Origin: Eledone cirrhosa
Lineage: Eukaryota
Assembly (NCBI GenBank): GCA_964016885.1
Contig: OZ024740.1
Location: forward strand, 408,456,001 to 408,520,000
Direction: 5' to 3'
Length of the DNA stretch: 64,000 bases
The notes below the pieces were generated by a model, which was not told the DNA's origin, did no database searches, and was given only the letters and a program-made list of their open reading frames with translations. The position numbers were made by a program, and so were the translations under genes. Shown here in pieces: positions 24,710 to 39,149 of this stretch (positions are counted from its first letter, which is position 1; each line of letters starts with the position of its first letter).

Positions 24710-25775
24710 ATATACATATGATTGATATATATATATATGATTGATATATATATATATATATATGATTGATATATAGGATTGATATATATATATATGATTG
24801 ATATATATGATTGATATATATATATATATATGATTGATATATATGATTGATATGTATATATGATTGATATGTATATATATTATTGATATGTATATATATG
24901 ATTGATATGTATATATGATTGATATGTATATATATTATTGATATGTATATATATGATTGATATGTATATATATAATTGATATATATATATGATTGATATA
25001 TATATATATAATTGATATATATATATATGATTGATATATATATATATATGATTGATATATATATATATGATTGATATGTATATATATGATTGATATGTAT
25101 ATATATGATTGATATATATATATATGATTGATATATATATATATATATTATTGATATATATATATATGATTGATATATATATATATGATTGATATATATA
25201 TATATGATTGATATATATATATATGATTGATATATATATATGATTGATATATATATATATATATGATTGATATGTATATATGATTGATATATATATATAT
25301 GATTGATATATATATATATGATTGATATATATATATATGATTGATATATATATATGATTGATATATATATATATATATGATTGATATATATATATATATG
25401 ATTGATATATATATATATGATTGATATGTATATATATGATTGATATGTATATATATGATTGATATATATATATATGATTGATATATATATATATATATGA
25501 TTGATATATATATATATGATTGATATATATATATATATGATTGATATATATATATGATTGATATATATATATATGATTGATATATATATATGATTGATAT
25601 ATATATATATGATATATATATATGATTGATATATATATATGATTGATATATATATATATGATATATATATATATGATATATATATATATATATATATGAT
25701 TGATATATATATGATATATATATATATATGATTGATATATATATGATATATATATATATATGATTGATATGTATA
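24710..25775. repeat. TGATTGA(TA)n compound microsatellite
   Basis: Dozens of TGATTGA units separated by variable (TA)n. Confidence 0.95.
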
Positions 25776-26106
25776 TGTGATGTTCTTTAAATATAAAAAA
25801 AGGCAGTGGATAGCAGAATCAATAGAGTGTTGAACAAAATACCTTATGGTATTTAGTTGTATCCCTTTATGCTCTGTATTCAAATCCTGCGTGGGTTCAT
25901 TTTGTCTTTCATTCTGATGGGGTGAAGTAGGATAATTGTGAAGAAAATAAGTACCAGTTGATAAATATAGGGTACTAGGATTGATGTAATTGACTATACC
26001 TTAGAAGGCAGCAACCTAACATGGTCTGATGATGGAAACCAATAAAATCAATTGATTCATTTGAAAATTGGTGACACTTTTACCAATTAGAATGTTTTAC
26101 TAATAA

Positions 26107-27042
26107 TCTATATATATAAAACTGAGGATGTTTGTGTGTGTGTGTGTGTGTGTGAGTTTGAATCCCTAAAACTAGAGAAGCACCCAACCGACTGTTTTCA
26201 AACTTTACACATGTAATACTTATATTTCAGGGAGTGTTCTGAGCAAAAGAAAATTACAAATTTTCAATGCCCTAGGGATCGCATTAGGCGATTTAGCGAT
26301 CTCTCTCTATAATTCTTAGTCTTTCTCTTTTTAGATAGATACATACATATAACGTCGCGCCCTTATAATATCTGTATGTATGTCTGGCTGTCTGCATTAC
26401 GTCACTTCCCTGAGGATGTCTGTCTGTGTGTGTGTGTGTGTCTGTGAGTTTGAATCCCTAAAACTCAAGAAGTACCCAACCGACTTTTTTCAAACTTTAC
26501 ATGTTTATTACTTATGTTTCAGGGAGTGTTATGCACATAAAAATTCAACTTTTTGATCTCCTAGGGCCCGTATTAGGTGAAAAACTGCGTTTTTTAAAAG
26601 CTTTTTAGGTTTTTTTTTAGGCTTTATGTCAGACCGATTTCCTTGAAATTGTAACTATGTATTAGTCAGTCTCTTCTTCATACCGTGAACAAAGAAAATC
26701 CAACTTTTTTATGGCCTAGGGCCCGCATTAGGTGAAAAATTTCATTTTTTCAGCTATTTAGGGCTCTTTGGAGGCGTTACATTTAGCCAATTTTCCCGAA
26801 ATTTCAAGGCATATTATGCACATAAAAAATTTATTTTCTTGATCCCCTAGGGCCCGCATTAGGTGAAAACCTGCATTTTTCCTGCTTCATCGGGGAAAAT
26901 CTTAAAGATTATCCAGCGATCAGAGTATTCGGTTTATTTTCTTTACATATTGTCCAGGCATGCAGTTTTTCCACGATTAGGTCTGTTGGCTGCCCGCATT
27001 CCAAAATACCTTATCCCGTGCAACGCCGGGTATCACTGCTAG
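26107..27042 (+). mobile_element. Non-autonomous Helitron
   Basis: 5' end a|TCTATATATATAAAAC; 3' hairpin CCCGTGCAACGCCGGG followed by ..CTAG|t; inserted at AT without TSD. Internal duplications (26121-26290 vs 26410-26580; repeated CTAGGGCCCGCATTAGGTGAAAA). Confidence 0.9.
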
Positions 27043-27309
27043 TGTTATATAATTTTAATTAATTTATATATTGTTTGATCATCTACTACCAAACAGTATC
27101 TGTTTAGATTTAAACAAAATGAAATATATTCATATAAGCACTAGAACAGTACAAATGAGAAAGAATATATATTTGACAAGTTCTTGGGTTTGGATAGGTT
27201 TGTACGCTATTTGGTAAAGAAGCATCTGACATTTCATGACTGACTTGTTATCCAAGAGAAAAAATATTTCCAGGTTCTCACATTTATATTCTCTTTTATC
27301 TGTACTGTT

Positions 27310-27565
27310 TAACCCTTTATTTACTAGATTGATAATGAAAAATACTGCTATAATTAAAATTTAAAAAAACGAAAATAAACAATAATTTGGAGGGATTTAG
27401 TAATATAACTAACTTTGATATTATTAAGCTGGTTTTTTGTAACATAAAAGTTCTTATAAAAGATTATGGTAGAAAGGTTTTAAATAAATATAAACACTAA
27501 AACAAAACAGTTCTGAATTGTCAAACCAGGGGTGGTTTCAGACAGTTTGGTATTAAAAGGGTGAA
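27310..27565. mobile_element. Decayed piggyBac-type MITE
   Basis: Termini TTAACCCTTT ... AAAAGGGTGAA; a related decayed copy lies at ~30350-30584. Confidence 0.5.
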
Positions 27566-30500
27566 TATTTCTGCAGAATTTTGACTTGTTTAAATATTGT
27601 GCTACTTATTTTAGGATTTCTCTTTGTGAGTTTAATTTCAGAAACTAAAATAAAGTTTCATTTATAACTTTAATTATAAACAACCAGTAGGACATCCTCA
27701 GATAAACATCTCAAAGATCTTCAGTTCAAATCCACTGCAGGTGTTTTGCTGAACCCTTTATTTTCATTGTTAAAGTTCACCTGGCTATCAGGAATAGACA
27801 GATGTCCTGTTTACCGGAAAATTTATATACTCATCCATAATGCATTAAACTGGAGTTAAACTCTAGTTTTTAAGACCAGACATAAGGAATTTTTGTACAG
27901 ATTGTACATGATTTTCATCTAATTTCCATATATATATATTAAAATTATATGTAATCAATATGAAAAAAAAAGATGATTATGTATAAAAAAATTGTTTTCT
28001 CTATATCGACAAAAGCACCTCATCACTGTGGTGTTTGTGAAAATTATGAAAAGATTTGATTTTCAATACTAACATATCGACATCTATGCCAAAGAATACT
28101 AACAGCTGATGTTTTACCAAATGTGGTCATCTTTCAATATACCAATGCTAGCAAACATGTGATACTTCTACACCATAATGTAGTATTGCTTGGTGCAGCA
28201 CTGTCTCTTTAGATACACATTGTAAATCAGTAATAATAACCCAGCAAAGCAGCTTTTTATATAGTTGCTTTGACCTGTTCTGTGTTACAGAGAAATCAAC
28301 AACCTCCATACTATCCTAAGTCCTAAATCTTAGAATAGCATGCTCCACTAATTGAAGATGGAATGGCCATAGAATGAAATGACAAAGAAAACTTTATACA
28401 GTCAGCTCGCTTTTTGTCATTTTGTCTGCTCAATAAAAAATGCTTGAGATTATCTATCATCATTATCATCATCATCATCATCAACACCAACCTAATTTGT
28501 ATATTTTCATGCTTTGTATATGTCACTGTACATTCAATACTTGTGTACTTACAATACACATACTTTTTGAAATAAGATTTTAAGATTTGTTTATTAAAAT
28601 ATTGTCATCTATGTTTGTTTATTTTCTTAGGAATTTAAGATTTTATAAAATGACATCTTTGAATTTTATAAATCCTTATAGAAAAGAAAAAAATATACAA
28701 AACAGAATATATTATATTTGTTCTGTTGATGTTGCTGTTGGTAATGTTGCACCATTATTTAGCCACTTTGAAGTTTCAGTTCAGAGAAAGATGTTATTTT
28801 ATTTCTAAATATCTATACATCAGATTGAAAATACATTTTATGTAATATACACCCACTTCTTTCAATGGCTTGAATATACACAGCAAACTTTTACTGAACA
28901 GGGCTTGTGAGTGTGCCTGTACACATGCATACATATGTATCATCATCATCATCGCCATCAATGTTTTATATCTATTCTATAAAACATTTCTTGAAGTTTT
29001 TCTTAAATGCCTCTATTCACTTCTTAGTCAATAAATATCATAATGGCCTGTCTTACTTTCTAATATTTGCAAACTGTCTCACTATATCTCCGACCACCTT
29101 ACTATATATTTCCCACTAACTAACCTAATACTTCTTATACCCCCTAAATGTCACTTACAGTGTCTCACTATTTACTATATACTTCCCACCAGTTGTTTCA
29201 ACTATCTTCATATCACCAGACTGCCAGAAACAGTATAAATCCTATCAGATTCTAACAGTGTATGAAACTAGCATACAATTTAACTACAAACCTATTTCCT
29301 CCAGATCTTTATATGTACTCTATCATGTCATAAGCTTTTTTATTTTACCTGGCCCTCAAGTATCCTAGCTAAATGTTCTGCCTATTATCTCCATTTGTCT
29401 CTCATTTCTTAAATAAATTGGAAGTTTCCTGTCACACCACACCATTGCAGCATATAACAGTATGACACTCTCTCTTTCTCTAATCCATTTCTATCAACTC
29501 CAATCTACCCCATGGTTCAATAATATCACCCACTTTCTACCTTAATTACATACGTGTTGCCAATTCTAACAAACACACACTTCTGTGTAGATGACACCAC
29601 TCTTCATTAGGAATCTAACAACTTTGTTTCAATCATTACACATCAATGAAACAAGTTTGTAGCTCATTCATTCTAATTACCAGCAATACAGAACTAGACC
29701 CACACACCAAAACTGTCACCTTGACTCATGAAGACAAGGTATAATTTCAGTTCTGAACAGTTGCTGACCCTTTGCAAAGCTCAAGTAAAACCTGTGTAGG
29801 AGCATAACAACTTAGACCACATAGAAAAGGTAATTTGACTTATTGACATAAATTTGCTCACCAACAGGCTTCAACTATGTTTTTCTTCTTCCTACTGTTT
29901 CTCGCCTCTCAGACCATGCACTAAATATTTGGCCTATTCTTCCTCTTGGAAATTGTAACTTACCCAGAAATCCTTTCCTGCTTACATCTTTATTTTTTTC
30001 CTGCAAGCATCAATCTACAGATGTTGAAATTGGACATCAACTGCATTGATCTCACCAAAGATTATGGTCTCTGTCCCTTCCTCTTCTTGCTATCTTATAA
30101 TACCCCACTTCCCTACAGTACACAGGTCAGCTTTTGTCATTCCATGGCAGCAACATGATTTTTTTTTTATTGCTAGCTTTATTCTTTTCACTTCACTTAC
30201 TCTACTTATGCCATGGTAAAACTTGTGAATGTTACAACTTCCTTTGCACCCTCCTTTTGCTGATTAATCAGCAAGATTAATCAGCCATCAATAAATATTG
30301 TTGATTATGAATAATCAGTTGGTCAAGAAATACATAGACTACAATAACATTAAACCTTTCATTATTATTGTATTTCTAATGAACTGTTTTGTATTTTAAG
30401 TAATTAGTGAACATTTTTGGACATATTTACTGAAATTATAATTTCATTAAGATGATATTTGTAACAAAATGTTCTTATATAAAATTATGTTGAAAGTTTT

Positions 30501-30604
30501 TAATTTAAATAGGAACACTTTAAAATTGGTTTTGTTTCATAGAAATAGAAGCATTTTTGGGTAGTTTAATATGAAAAGAGTTAAAACATAATCATTAAAC
30601 AGTA

Positions 30605-30790
30605 CTCATATATACATATAAAAACAAATACAATTTGAGGTGTTAAATAAAAAATATTACTCATATAACAATTAAGTTATATTTAAATGGCTGCACTTCC
30701 AAATATGACCTATTTAAATATAACTTAATCATTATATATGTAATGTTTTCTTATTTAACACCTTAAATTGTATTTGGTTTTATATATATA
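30605..30790. repeat. AT-rich inverted repeat (~80-bp arms, ~20-nt loop)
   Basis: AAATACAATTTGAGGTGTTAAATAA..ATTAAGTTATATTTAAAT mirrored by ATTTAAATATAACTTAAT..TTATTTAACACCTTAAATTGTATTT. Confidence 0.85.
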
Positions 30791-30979
30791 TATGTGTGTG
30801 TGTGTGTGTATGTATTAAAGCCTGTGTAGTTTCTCAATTGATATATCTCTATATATTGTTTTAAATTATTTTATATTATGGATGCTCTAAACAAAAGTTT
30901 ATTGAGCTTTTACATATAAAATATGTATTGATTAAACCCAAAATAATATATATATATATTTCTACCAACACCACCCTTA

Positions 30980-31283
30980 CTCTGTAAAGTTATGTTGGTA
31001 CCACAAAACACCCAGCCCACACTGTAAAATGGTCATGTAGGTGTCATGACAAAAAGCACCCAGTCCACACTGTAAAGTGGTCGTGTAGGAGACATGACAA
31101 AAAGCACCCAGTCTACACTGTAAATGTGGTTGGCGTTAGGAAGGACATCCAGCTGTAGAAAACCAGCCAGATATAGTCTTATATGAGCGAGACACGGTCA
31201 CCCAACCAAACTTGCCTCAAATGGGACAAACCCATCTAACCCATGCTAGCATGGAAGATGGATGTTAAATGATGATGATGATG
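30980..31283 (+). mobile_element. SINE-B-related 3' portion with 48-bp repeats
   Basis: Repeats of AAAAAGCACCCAG..ACTGTAAA, then GGAAGGACATCCAGCTGTAG and a (TGA)n tail. Confidence 0.75.
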
Positions 31284-32329
31284 TATATATATATATATTT
31301 ACCTCCACTTTTCCATGCCGGCATGAGTTGTAGAGAATCGTTTGAGAATATTTTACAACTGGATATCCTTCTTAACATCAACCTTTTTAGTAGTATCTTA
31401 CAACATGCAGGGACACAGTACATATTCTAAAAACCTAATGCATACATGTATATATATGCATGTATAAGTATGCACACATACATATCCATGAATTATAGGT
31501 CTAAATTTTGATACAACTTTTTGTTGTATGATTGCAACCTTAAACTGAATAATCGAGCCAAAAATTAAACCATACATGAAATAAATTGTTTATAAATTTA
31601 TTGTTGTTCATTAGAACTAAGAAGTATAATGTAAGTATTTGGTTATATGAAATTTTAGAGCAAATATTTCTTTGTTTTATTTCTGATGGCTGCCATCTCA
31701 GTATCATTGAACACAAAACTCAGCTGAAAGCTTTCTTGCCTCTTATACCTGTGATTCCTATGAAAATGTTTAATCCAATTGAAATTGTACAAATGAATAA
31801 ATTTGTTAAAATAAATTTTTTATATTCTCTTTAATTGTAAAATTGTTTCTTTTATTCTTTTATTTGTTTCTGTTATTATTACTGTGGCCATTTCTGGCTT
31901 CTTCCCTGAAGGTATTTAGTCAATTATATTGATCCCCACTACATTTTGTTTTAACCCTTTAGCATTTACATTACTTTATATTTACTATTATATTTTCATG
32001 GTAAACATTTTATTTCACATAATTATCTCACATAATATCAAATCTATGAGATTTTGATACTATTTATTCAAGCTTTATTTAATAAACATGTATTTCAATG
32101 TAATTTGAAAGTGAAATATTTGTATTTAGTATATCAGTTAAATTATATATCCCCATTTACTGACTGTTGCAGTCTGGTTATGTATGCTGAGTTTGGGAAG
32201 GTGGGTGGTCTGTATTGGTTTGCCAAATTTGGAGATTGAGTGAGATTTGGTTTGGCAGGAGTCATCAGGTAAGATACCCATCTTTTTCCATTCAGTGGGT
32301 TTAAAAACCCCTTTATTATTAGACTATTT

Positions 32330-32490
32330 GGGCGATGGATTGGCAGTATCGGTAGAGGGTCAGATGCCATGCTTTGCAGCATAGGGTTACGTCCCTTTAT
32401 GGTCTGAGTTCAAATCCTTATGGAGTCAATAAAATAAAGCACCAGTAATGCACTGGGGTAATTGCTGGCCTTGTGTCAAAAGTAGAAACA
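32330..32490 (+). mobile_element. SINE family A, internally deleted
   Basis: Family head and tail motifs. Confidence 0.8.
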
Positions 32491-33334
32491 AACAATAGAC
32501 TATTTTCTTTAGTCAAAGTTATGATGAGACCTTTTGACAGTCAGTTTAGGATGCTTGCTGAGTATTTATGGTCTGATTGGAACTATAATGGTCTTTTCTA
32601 CATATATATTTTAATAAATTTGTTAGAGGAGGAAAGATGATGCTCAATTCCTTTGATACCCCTCCCAGTCTAATGTGATTAATATAACCAATGTTTATTT
32701 TGATTATCAGAAAGTTATTTATCTTAGTGGGGAAATGTTAGCTTTAATATTTTAATGGTGAAATTGAATTTTCTGACTAAAATATATTGAACATCTAATT
32801 CATAGAATAAATTATTCATTGGTTCAAATATAGCATAAATAATCTGACTCAAAAGTTCAGATTTACTTAGTCCATCTGTAGCTCTCACATTTTCCACCAT
32901 AATGTATTGGGGTTAATCACAATAAATAATTAAACAGGCTTTTAAAATGACCTATTGATTACATTTGTTCAATATTTGATATTTATTTGTTTATTTTCAC
33001 CTATGGACAGTCAACCTGCTAGAAATAGCAGCTAAATATCCCAGATATACTTTTCCATCATGCCTAAAATAAAAAGGCAGAATGGTCATATAGCAAGAAT
33101 GTATTTAATCATAGACCTGCCGTAGGGCTAGGCAGCATCGTATCTAATTAACAAGTACATTCCACAATCTGACCACTTCTATAAATACTAGATAAATATA
33201 AAATTTCCAATTTGAGAGTAAGCTACAAACTAGTAGTTTATGGAACTTAATAATATCACTTGCAACATAAGAACATAGAGGAGAGATAAAGTAGATAAAT
33301 GGATGGAGTATTTTACTGCCTGTTTCTAGGATCA

Positions 33335-33880
33335 TCATCATCATCAACACTATCGCTTAATGTCTATTTTCCATGCTTGCCAGGGTTAGACTGGCTATCA
33401 TGTTATGGGGCTAGACAGGTCAAGTAACCATGTCTTGCTCAAACTTTCCATTTTTGGCTGCCCTTCTTAATGCCAACCATTTCACAGCATGTACTGTGAA
33501 CATTTTGTGGCACCAGCCTTACAGTGTTGAGTGGATGCTTTTTGTCATGGCACCAGTACAAACACCTTACAGGGTGAACTGAGTGCTTTCTGTTATTGTG
33601 ACACTAGCACTACCATGGTACAGGGTTGACTGTGCTTCTTGTTGTTGTGGCAGCAGCTGCTGTTGTGGCACCAGCATTACCATCATACAGGGTGAATTGG
33701 GTACTTTTTGTCTTGGGACTGACACTACCACCTTACTGGGTGGACTATGTGCTTTTTATTGTTGTGACATCAGCACGGCCATCTTACAGGGTGAACTAGG
33801 TGGACTGTGGCTTTTGTCATGGCACCAGCATGACAACCTTACAGAGTAGACTGACAGGTTTTTGACATGGGTACCAGCTT
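33335..33880 (-). mobile_element. Old SINE-B-related element with diverged ~45-bp repeats
   Basis: (CAT)n tail and repeated TGGCACCAG..TTACAGGGTGAACT units. Confidence 0.6.
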
Positions 33881-34346
33881 GATCATCCCATAGGATGTGA
33901 GTTCAAATCCACTGCAAGCATTTTGTGTTTCCTTGAAGAATATTTTATTTTACATTGTCCCAGTTTACCTTGTTGGGAAATAAGTATCAGAACATCTTGG
34001 AATTACCTTTCATAGATTGGAACCGTTTGTTTATGAAACAGGCCCTTGACAGCACTCCAGGGTTTAGAGTTCAGCTGCAGTCAGGTAAAGAGTGAGAGTA
34101 AAGCTGCAGTCAGGTAAAGTGTGAGTGATATAAATATAATGCTTTCAGCTAGTGTCCAACACAATCTCTATAATCAGTAATTTAGTAATGGTTAAGTTAG
34201 TATTAACATATTTAATGTAGGGAACATAAATGATCTAAGTTGGAGTCAGAAAAAGACAATATAGCTCATTGAATAATACTCTTTTTATCATTTAGTTAGA
34301 TATGGTAGGCAATTTTAGGCATGTTTTGGTCTTATGATAGCTATTT

Positions 34347-34545
34347 AGGGCAGTGGATTGGCAGTATCGGTAGAGGGTAGAGGGTTGGACACCATGCTTT
34401 GCAGCAAAGAGTTACGGCCCTTTATGGTCTGAGTTCAAATCCCGCCGAGGTTAACTTTGCCTTTCATCCTTACGGTGTCGATAAAATAAAGTACCAGTAA
34501 TACACTGGGATAATTGCTGGCCTTGTGCCAAAAGTAGAAACAATT
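34347..34545 (+). mobile_element. SINE family A
   Basis: Full family consensus. Confidence 0.88.
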
Positions 34546-36084
34546 ATAGCTCTTTAGCAAAGCATAGACTTCATTGTACTTTAATGTCCTAGCCACTGTG
34601 GTTAAATACTTTTTAAAGGAGGGTTTGATGTTTTATACAACTGTTTCCTGTATATATTCAAGGATAGATAATGATGTCTGAATGTTGCTATGCTATTATC
34701 GTATGGCATCTAAATATGCCAATAGTACTCCATTGTTCTTTAATATTTTGGTTTATATATACATAAAAATTAGCTCTTAAAAACAAGCTTCCAAATATTA
34801 ATCCTTTTTTTTTAAATAAAATAAATGGACCCAATTTCTGGATGTTAATTATGTGTCTAAATTAGGGTAATTACTACATTCAGAGTTGAATATTCTACGT
34901 TATTTATGACATCTCTATATGTTCAAGGAGTCGGATGGTGGGGGAGGGTTCCTTCAGTTACATAGCATCTCTAGTTAGAGGATCAATAAATTGGTAATAG
35001 ATGCTATAATTTGGTTGTAATCTTTTTCAAATTGTAGATGGCTGATCTAGGATGCTAGAGAGAAGTGGTTTTATATATAATAATAATAATGAAATTATTG
35101 TGTACAGTGCTCAGGTGCACTACAACTCATCAAAGGTGCATGTATAGTACATAGAATAATGTACAAAGGTTTCAGGAAAGTTTGGTCAAGTTTCATAAAT
35201 ATTTTTGGAGGCAGTAGTATAATTTCATTACTTTACATGCCAAACTATTACTGTGCTGGTTATTTATGTTTAAGTAAATCAGTGACAGAATTTTATAGTA
35301 TCTCTCTGTCTTGTTTTTCCTCTCTTGTATATCAAAGTTTGGAACAAGAATTTTGAAAATCTTTCATATATCATTCCCATTGTGATTCCAAAAAGTAGAG
35401 CTATGATATATGGAGGCATTACCAATAGTTAAGATGTTTAACTCTGCTTATTTTCAAACTAAATACTATTCATGGAGAAATTAATTTCTCTGATATAATA
35501 TGTCTTGTTATCAAACTACATAAAAACTATCTTTTAAAAAGAAGCTGCCAAATATGATTTTTTTAAATTCAAATAAAAAGAAAACAGATCCAAAGTCTGG
35601 ATGTTGATTGTGTATCAAAATTAGGGTAGGTTCACTGTATCCTTGTGTAATAAGAAGCATGTAAAAATATTTAGCACTAAGAAGGGCATCTGGTCGTAAA
35701 ATATTACTTCCTAAAAGACACCATGATGCGTATAAAGCTTATCATGGGGCCTACAGAGATAACGCTGTAATAAATTCTGTGAGATGTGTATCAAAGTGAA
35801 ATACCGATATTGGTCTCCCAGTATCTACTCCTAATAGACGTGCAAGCTAAGATTAACAGATAGGGAAGGATCAGCAATTTTGTCTTACCAAAGTGTGTCA
35901 GTGAGACAAAGGAAGTAGCTGATTCAGTTATAACTGACCACATAGCTCATCAGCTGCAGTTTCTACTCTTATAAGGCTTGCCAGATTAAACACTTACAGT
36001 TCATTGGTTATATACAATCATTGGTAAATTTATCAGTTTATATAAAATAGTAACATTGAATTCTTTGTGTCTATGAATCTTAGG

Positions 36085-36545
36085 TAATGACCAAAAGAAT
36101 ACGATCGCAAATACAAGTGGTCAAAATGGTGTTCTTCCGAAGGGTTTCTGTAAAAGTTACTCGAAAGAGTGCATAGCTCGGAAATCAGAGCGTCACTTCA
36201 CGTGGAGCTGTTACTTCTCCGAACTGAGAACGGCTCCAATACTATAGGCATGTAGTTAGAATGTCTCAGGAAATAATACCTGGACAGATTTATAGACAAA
36301 ACTAGCCAGCAGGAGACCCAGGGGTAGACCCCGAGCAAGAGGATTGGATAACATGCTTGAGCTTGGCTCGTCTCACTTGGGGATTCAGCCGAATCAATTG
36401 GAGACTTGCTTCTGACAGGACCCACTAGAAGAGTATTTGAGGACTCTGCCCTCACGACCCTCCCAGGAATAATTGGAGAAGAAGAAGAAGAAAATGAAGA
36501 AAAAGAAAAAGGAAAAGAAAAAGAAAAAGAAGAAGAAGAAGAATT
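36085..36545 (+). mobile_element. Decayed RTE-type LINE 3' end with (GAA)n tail
   Basis: Resembles the reverse complement of 55925-56340 (ESWV.T.RIRSQIQ..; GR.P.GRP..RW.D); ends in a GAA repeat. Confidence 0.65.
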
Positions 36546-36845
36546 ATTTGTGTCTATTTACTGCAAAGAACTGAATAATCTCCAAATTCAGTTTCAAAAT
36601 TCAAACAATTACAAAATTGCTTATATAGGGGAGGTAACTTTTACATGATATTAGTAACAGTTATGCATCTTCAAACTTTTATTTCGAGTTCAAAATAACT
36701 TAATCTGGCAAAATTTCATTAGAATTTTCAATTATTTTATTTTTTTATTTTAGTTCCATTAAAAACAAAATATAACAAATAAAGTCATAAATAAACCAAA
36801 AAAACTAAGGAACATAATCCTTAGCTTATAGAAACTTCAAAATGT

Positions 36846-38825
36846 ATTGTAATCTCGTTTCACTGATTTTATTGCTACCCTTCCATTGCACAAATCTCGT
36901 TTCACTGACTTTATTGCTACCCTTTCATTGCCATAATCTCATTTCACTGATTTTATTGCTACCTTTTCATTGCCATAATCTTGTTTCACTGATTTTATTG
37001 CTACCCTTTCATTACCATAATCTCGTTTCACTGATTTTATTGCTACCCTTTCATTGCCGTAATCCCATTTCACTGATTTTATTGCTACCCTTTCACTGCC
37101 ATAATCTCGTTTCACTGATTTTATTGCTACCCTTTCACTGCCATAATCTCGTTTCACTGATTTTATTGCTACCTTTTCATTGCCATAATCTCGTTTCACT
37201 GATTTTATTGCTACCCTTTCATTGCCATAATCTCGTTTCACTGATTTTATTGCTACCCTTTCATTGCCATAATCTCGTTTCACTGATTTTATTGCTACCC
37301 TTTCATTGCCATAATCTCGTTTCACTGATTTTATTGCTACCCTTTCATTGCCATAATCTCGTTTCACTGATTTTATTGCTACCCTTTCATTGCCATAATC
37401 TCGTTTCACTGATTTTATTGCTACCCTTTCATTGCCGTAATCTCGTTTCACTGATTTTATTGCTACCCTTTCATTACCATAATCTCATATCACTGATTTT
37501 ATTGCTACCCTTTCATTGCCATAATCTCGTTTCACTGATTTTATTGCTACCCTTTCATTGCCATAATCTCGTTTCACTGATTTTATTGCTACCCTTTCAT
37601 TGCCATAATCTCATATCACTGATTTTATTGCTACCCTTTCATTGCCATAATCTCGTTTCACTGATTTTATTGCTACCCTTTCATTGCCGTAATCTCGTTT
37701 CACTGATTTTATTGCTACCCTTTCATTACCATAATCTCATATCACTGATTTTATTGCTACCCTTTCATTGCCATAATCTCGTTTCACTGATTTTATTGCT
37801 ACCCTTTCATTGCCATAATCTCGTTTCACTGATTTTATTGCTACCCTTTCATTGCCATAATCTCATATCACTGATTTTATTGCTACCCTTTCATTGCCAT
37901 AATCTCGTTTCACTGATTTTATTGCTACCCTTTCATTGCCATAATCTCGTTTCACTGATTTTATTGCTACCCTTTCATTGCCATAATCTTGTTTCACTGA
38001 TTTTATTGCTACCCTTTCATTACCATAATCTCGTTTCACTGATTTTATTGCTACCCTTTCATTGCCATAATCTTGTTTCACTGATTTTATTGCTACCCTT
38101 TCATTGCCATAATCTTGTTTCACTGATTTTATTGCTACCCTTTCATTGCCATAATCTCGTTTCACTGATTTTATTGCTACCCTTTCATTGCCGTAATCCC
38201 ATTTCACTGATTTTATTGCTACCCTTTCATTGCCATAATCTCGTTTTACTGATTTTATTGCTACCCTTTCATTGCCGTAATCCCATTTCACTGATTTTAT
38301 TGCTACCCTTTCATTGCCATAATCTCGTTTTACTGATTTTATTGCTACCCTTTCATTGCCGTAATCTTGTTTCACTGATTTTATTGCTACCCTTTCATTG
38401 CCATAATCTTGTTTCACTGATTTTATTGCTACCCTTTCATTGCCATAATCTTGTTTCACTGATTTTATTGCTACCCTTTCATTGCCATAATCTCGTTTCA
38501 CTGATTTTATTGCTACCCTTTCATTGCCGTAATCCCATTTCACTGATTTTATTGCTACCCTTTCATTGCCATAATCTCGTTTCACTGATTTTATTGCTAC
38601 CCTTTCATTGCCATAATCTCGTTTCACTGATTTTATTGCTACCCTTTCATTGCCATAATCTTGTTTCACTGATTTTATTGCTACCCTTTCATTGCCATAA
38701 TCCCATTTCACTGATTTTATTGCTACCCTTTCATTGCCATAATCTCGTTTCACTGATTTTATTGCTACCCTTTCATTGCCGTAATCTCGTTTCACTGATT
38801 TTATTGCTACCCTTTCATTGCCGTA
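36846..38825. repeat. 42-bp minisatellite, about 47 copies
   Basis: Unit ATAATCTCGTTTCACTGATTTTATTGCTACCCTTTCATTGCC. Confidence 0.97.
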
Positions 38826-39149
38826 TTTCTCCTCAATGATACTGTCTAGGATTTTCTAATGATTTAAACAATTTTTTATCAGCTAAATATGTTTTACTAA
38901 TAAAAATGCTTTAAATCATAAACAAATCTATTTCAAATGACAACAACACTAGAGATATTTGAAAATGGAAAATGAAAGGAAGGGCAAGGGTTCTGGGGTC
39001 ACAGAGGAATGTGAGGAGGAAGAGGGAGGGTGAGGACTCTAAGCCTACGGCGCGGCAGTGTTGGGGCTGTGCCCCGCAGACAAGGCCGCAAAAGCATTTC
39101 CGCGGGCAATGGCCAGCGACAACCACTGTAACAGCCACTGGTCCCCAAG

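Noticed and set aside
22899-25883. Tyr/Ile-rich ORFs including the 397-aa one
   Set aside because: Translations of (TA)n-based microsatellites.
26021-26045. CTGATGATGGAAAC as a hammerhead
   Set aside because: No stem II between the core motifs and no stem I partner; it lies in a decayed SINE-like tail.
36842-38839. 665-aa ORF and the antisense 170/310-aa ORFs
   Set aside because: Translations of a 42-bp minisatellite, with no splice, domain or flanking gene evidence.
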